Source of the DNA: Lingula anatina
Taxonomy: Eukaryota; Animalia; Brachiopoda
Length of the DNA: 64,000 nt
Assembly: GCA_051362555.1 (NCBI GenBank)
Contig: CM120648.1
Location: forward strand, 2,023,721 to 2,087,720
Direction: 5' to 3'
In this document: positions 61,401 through 64,000 of the stretch, one piece after another
Position numbering within the stretch: position 1 is the stretch's first letter
How the letters are laid out: each line of letters starts with the position of its first letter
Position numbers and translations under genes: made by a program
Notes under the pieces: model-generated
What the model was told of the DNA's origin: nothing
Databases searched by the model: none
The model's input: only the letters and a program-made list of their open reading frames with translations

Positions 61401-62250
61401 TTTCATTTCAATCAAATATTATACTACAATTATAGAATGTTTAACAGTTTCATTAATTTTTAAACAGAAATTGGCAAACAATCAACCATGTCACTCACTA
61501 CAACTCAGGGTCCGTCCACTCTATGGTAATAGTGTGCTGGACATTGTACGGGTTTCTCAGAACAAACTCAAAGAACTCAGAGGTTCCCAGAGAGGGGTAG
61601 ATGTTGTGCTGGGCTGTGATGGCACTGTTTAACATGGTGAGGATTCCCTCTTGTTTGGTCTGCTGCCTGTACAGGTCTATGGTCTTCAGGTCTCTGGTTC
61701 TCTCCTGTTTTAACTGTTTGTAAGACTGAAGGAAGAGAAAAAACAAAATATACCCAATCTAATATTTTCTGAAAATTTTTCACCTGACATTAGGACTTAA
61801 GCATAGCACATTTGTTATGAATGATCTATTGATACTGCTAGAGAATCGATAGGGGCTCACAGCACCACATACCGACAGTGGCAAGCTCCTCTCAGATGAC
61901 GGCTGCTGTTGCTGTTGCTGTAACTGTCTGATAGCCATCATCCTGGCTAACTTCCGCCTCTTGACAGGGTCCATATTCTCCGTGTCATCTACGCCGGAAG
62001 TCATGGGGTCACGACGCGTGACTAACACAGACGCCAACTCCCTATGTGTCTCAGTCACGTGCTGTGCTCTAGCGACTTTTGACTTTCTTAGACCTTAAAT
62101 AAATATATATATATATATTAATTTCCTGACTAATAAAAAATTAAGAAGACCTTCTGTTTATAGATATATACTTTTTAATATGCACACATAGCCACTTTTA
62201 CAGAGAGGTTCGCAGACATGTAAACATTCAACCATGCAAACTCAAATTAA

Positions 62251-62284
<34 letters not shown>

Positions 62285-63710
62285 CTACCTGAGTTATGTG
62301 ACTGTGCCAGTCCAGCATTCAGACTTCCCCCCAGGAACCCACTGCTGTTAGCGCCCTCTGAGGCCACCACTAACCGAGACTTCTTCAGGGGCAAAGCAGG
62401 CTCTGAACAGAAAGATTTGAACATTATCTTATACATAATCATCAATAAAATTTACAAAGAAAAGCTTGTCAATATGATTTGGTTATTAAGATAAAGCATC
62501 AATTTCTGTAGTCAGGCAGGCAGTTAACCAACCATTTGATGAACATTTTGCTGCACACTAAAATCAGGCCATAAGTAAGCTCTGCACCTGTGATATAATT
62601 TTATTTTATTATATTGTATTAATATATATATATTAATATTGTGTGTTAAGATGCAAAATGCCAAATTATCAATACATATACAACATTCATCTTGATTATT
62701 ATCATTGTTATAATAATAATTATTATTATTATTACCTGTCTCTGCCAGTTTTGCCTTCTTGTCAGCAGGATGGCCCACGTTGGCAAGCCTCAGATGTAGC
62801 CTCCCTTTCAGAGAGGTATTCACCCCTACTGGCCTCACACTGGCCCCCTGGGCCCCCTCCCCCCCAGTGTCCCCCTGGTCCTCTGAGTACTCTGTGATCA
62901 TCACGTCCAGCTCATAGGTCACCTGGAGGGCGTCACGACCCTGACGACACAGGTGCTGTCAAAATAACAACAATTAAAGTAAGTATTGGCTTTAAAATTT
63001 CACATTTTCCATGAATGAAAACTACTGATTTTACACTTTCTGGCTGAGTGCTATGATATGTTTAATTTTGAACCATAACTACATCTTGTAATGTGGTTAC
63101 AAAAAATGTTTTAAGTAAACTAACATGGCATAGGCTTCAAGAAATACTGAACAAATCCTTCTTTTATAATAATATTAAGAAACCATACACAGTTTTATAG
63201 TTTACTTGAAACAGGTTAGTTTCCAGTCTGCTTTGAAAGTCTGCTCAGGGGAATTAAAAAGAAAATACCATCCTTCAGACTTGAAAGAAGACATTTAAAA
63301 TAATCCTAAAAATGCAAGCACTGAAGGCATGCAGTTCATTATAAGTGGTCTGAGAGGGGTAGACAAAAATACAACACTCAAACCTCCAGCTATCTGGATG
63401 AATCCAGACGTTCATTTTTACTACTCACACTGAGATCTACAGCACAAGACCCAATCAGCAGTAGAGACTCTCCATCCCAGACGTCAATGTGTAGAACCTG
63501 CTGCGACAGGTGCTTCAGGAACAGCTTGGCTTCTCCTGGCTTCAGAAAGGAGGGGTCCACAAAATATTTGACCTGGTAACCAGGGGGGCCCTTCTTCACT
63601 GTGCCGTCTGCCTCTAGTTTTTGGAGGATGTAAGGGGCTCTATCTTTCTGTTGAGATAGGTCACCTTCTTGGGCTCCAAGGAGTAACCTGGTGTGAAAAT
63701 ATGGCATAAA

Positions 63711-63757
<47 letters not shown>

Positions 63758-63980
63758 GACTTCTGCTGACACTAATCACTGCAATAAGTAAATGGCATCA
63801 CTGAGGAACTTAAACCAGCCTAATTCTAAAATGTAGAAGAAAATATTAAGCCAATACACCTGTGTTTACACTGGCTATACTCTGTCTCACCTTTCTGAAG
63901 TGACCTGAGGAAAGCGGTAAAACTGGAATGTGAAGAAGACCGTGCCATTGGACTTGGTATTCTGCTCCTGCTCATAGTAT
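58431..63980 (-). CDS. NPHP4: Nephrocystin-4, 3' exons (gene continues beyond the window)
   Basis: Exons 63891-63980, 63429-63687, 62736-62955, 62289-62402, 61873-62093, 61499-61725, 60851-61040, 60549-60626, 60062-60218, 59736-59851, 59318-59484, 58431-58959 in phase. Motifs FTFQFYRFP, IDVWDGESLLLIGS, GRLHLRLANVGH, EFFEFVLRNPYN, PHVVDQTFRFHHPE, KRISYTNPY and ILIFINDDDDKNEETFCVK match NPHP4. Confidence 0.95.
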
Positions 63981-64000
63981 CTGTAAGAAACAGGATATAG

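Overview
AT-rich, intron-rich animal genomic DNA, probably a marine invertebrate (inference from the transposon content; the species cannot be read from the sequence). Gene order: a multi-exon ARHGEF10-like RhoGEF (+, <1-22581); a 4-exon GPI-anchored folate-receptor-family gene (+, 24856-29623); two tandem paralogues of a 7-exon gene (-) encoding a protein with no signal peptide or TM helix, built as N-terminal region with poly-Arg NLS + LRRs + TIR; and the 3' part of NPHP4 (-, 58431->64000). Copy B of the LRR-TIR gene (49618-53550) splices into an intact ~606 aa ORF. Copy A (31202-39537) is also open except for a TA-duplicating Tc1-like transposon in exon 4 that carries a BEN-domain exon. The duplicated block is a transposon hotspot: a pogo-like element holding an OTU-protease relic, a 5'-truncated L1/Tx1 LINE with a 15-bp TSD, an L2-like fragment, an AcademH-like element retaining a RecQ motif, and several MITEs. 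All exon models and domain calls were made by eye from splice signals, frame continuity and remembered family motifs; no searches were run.
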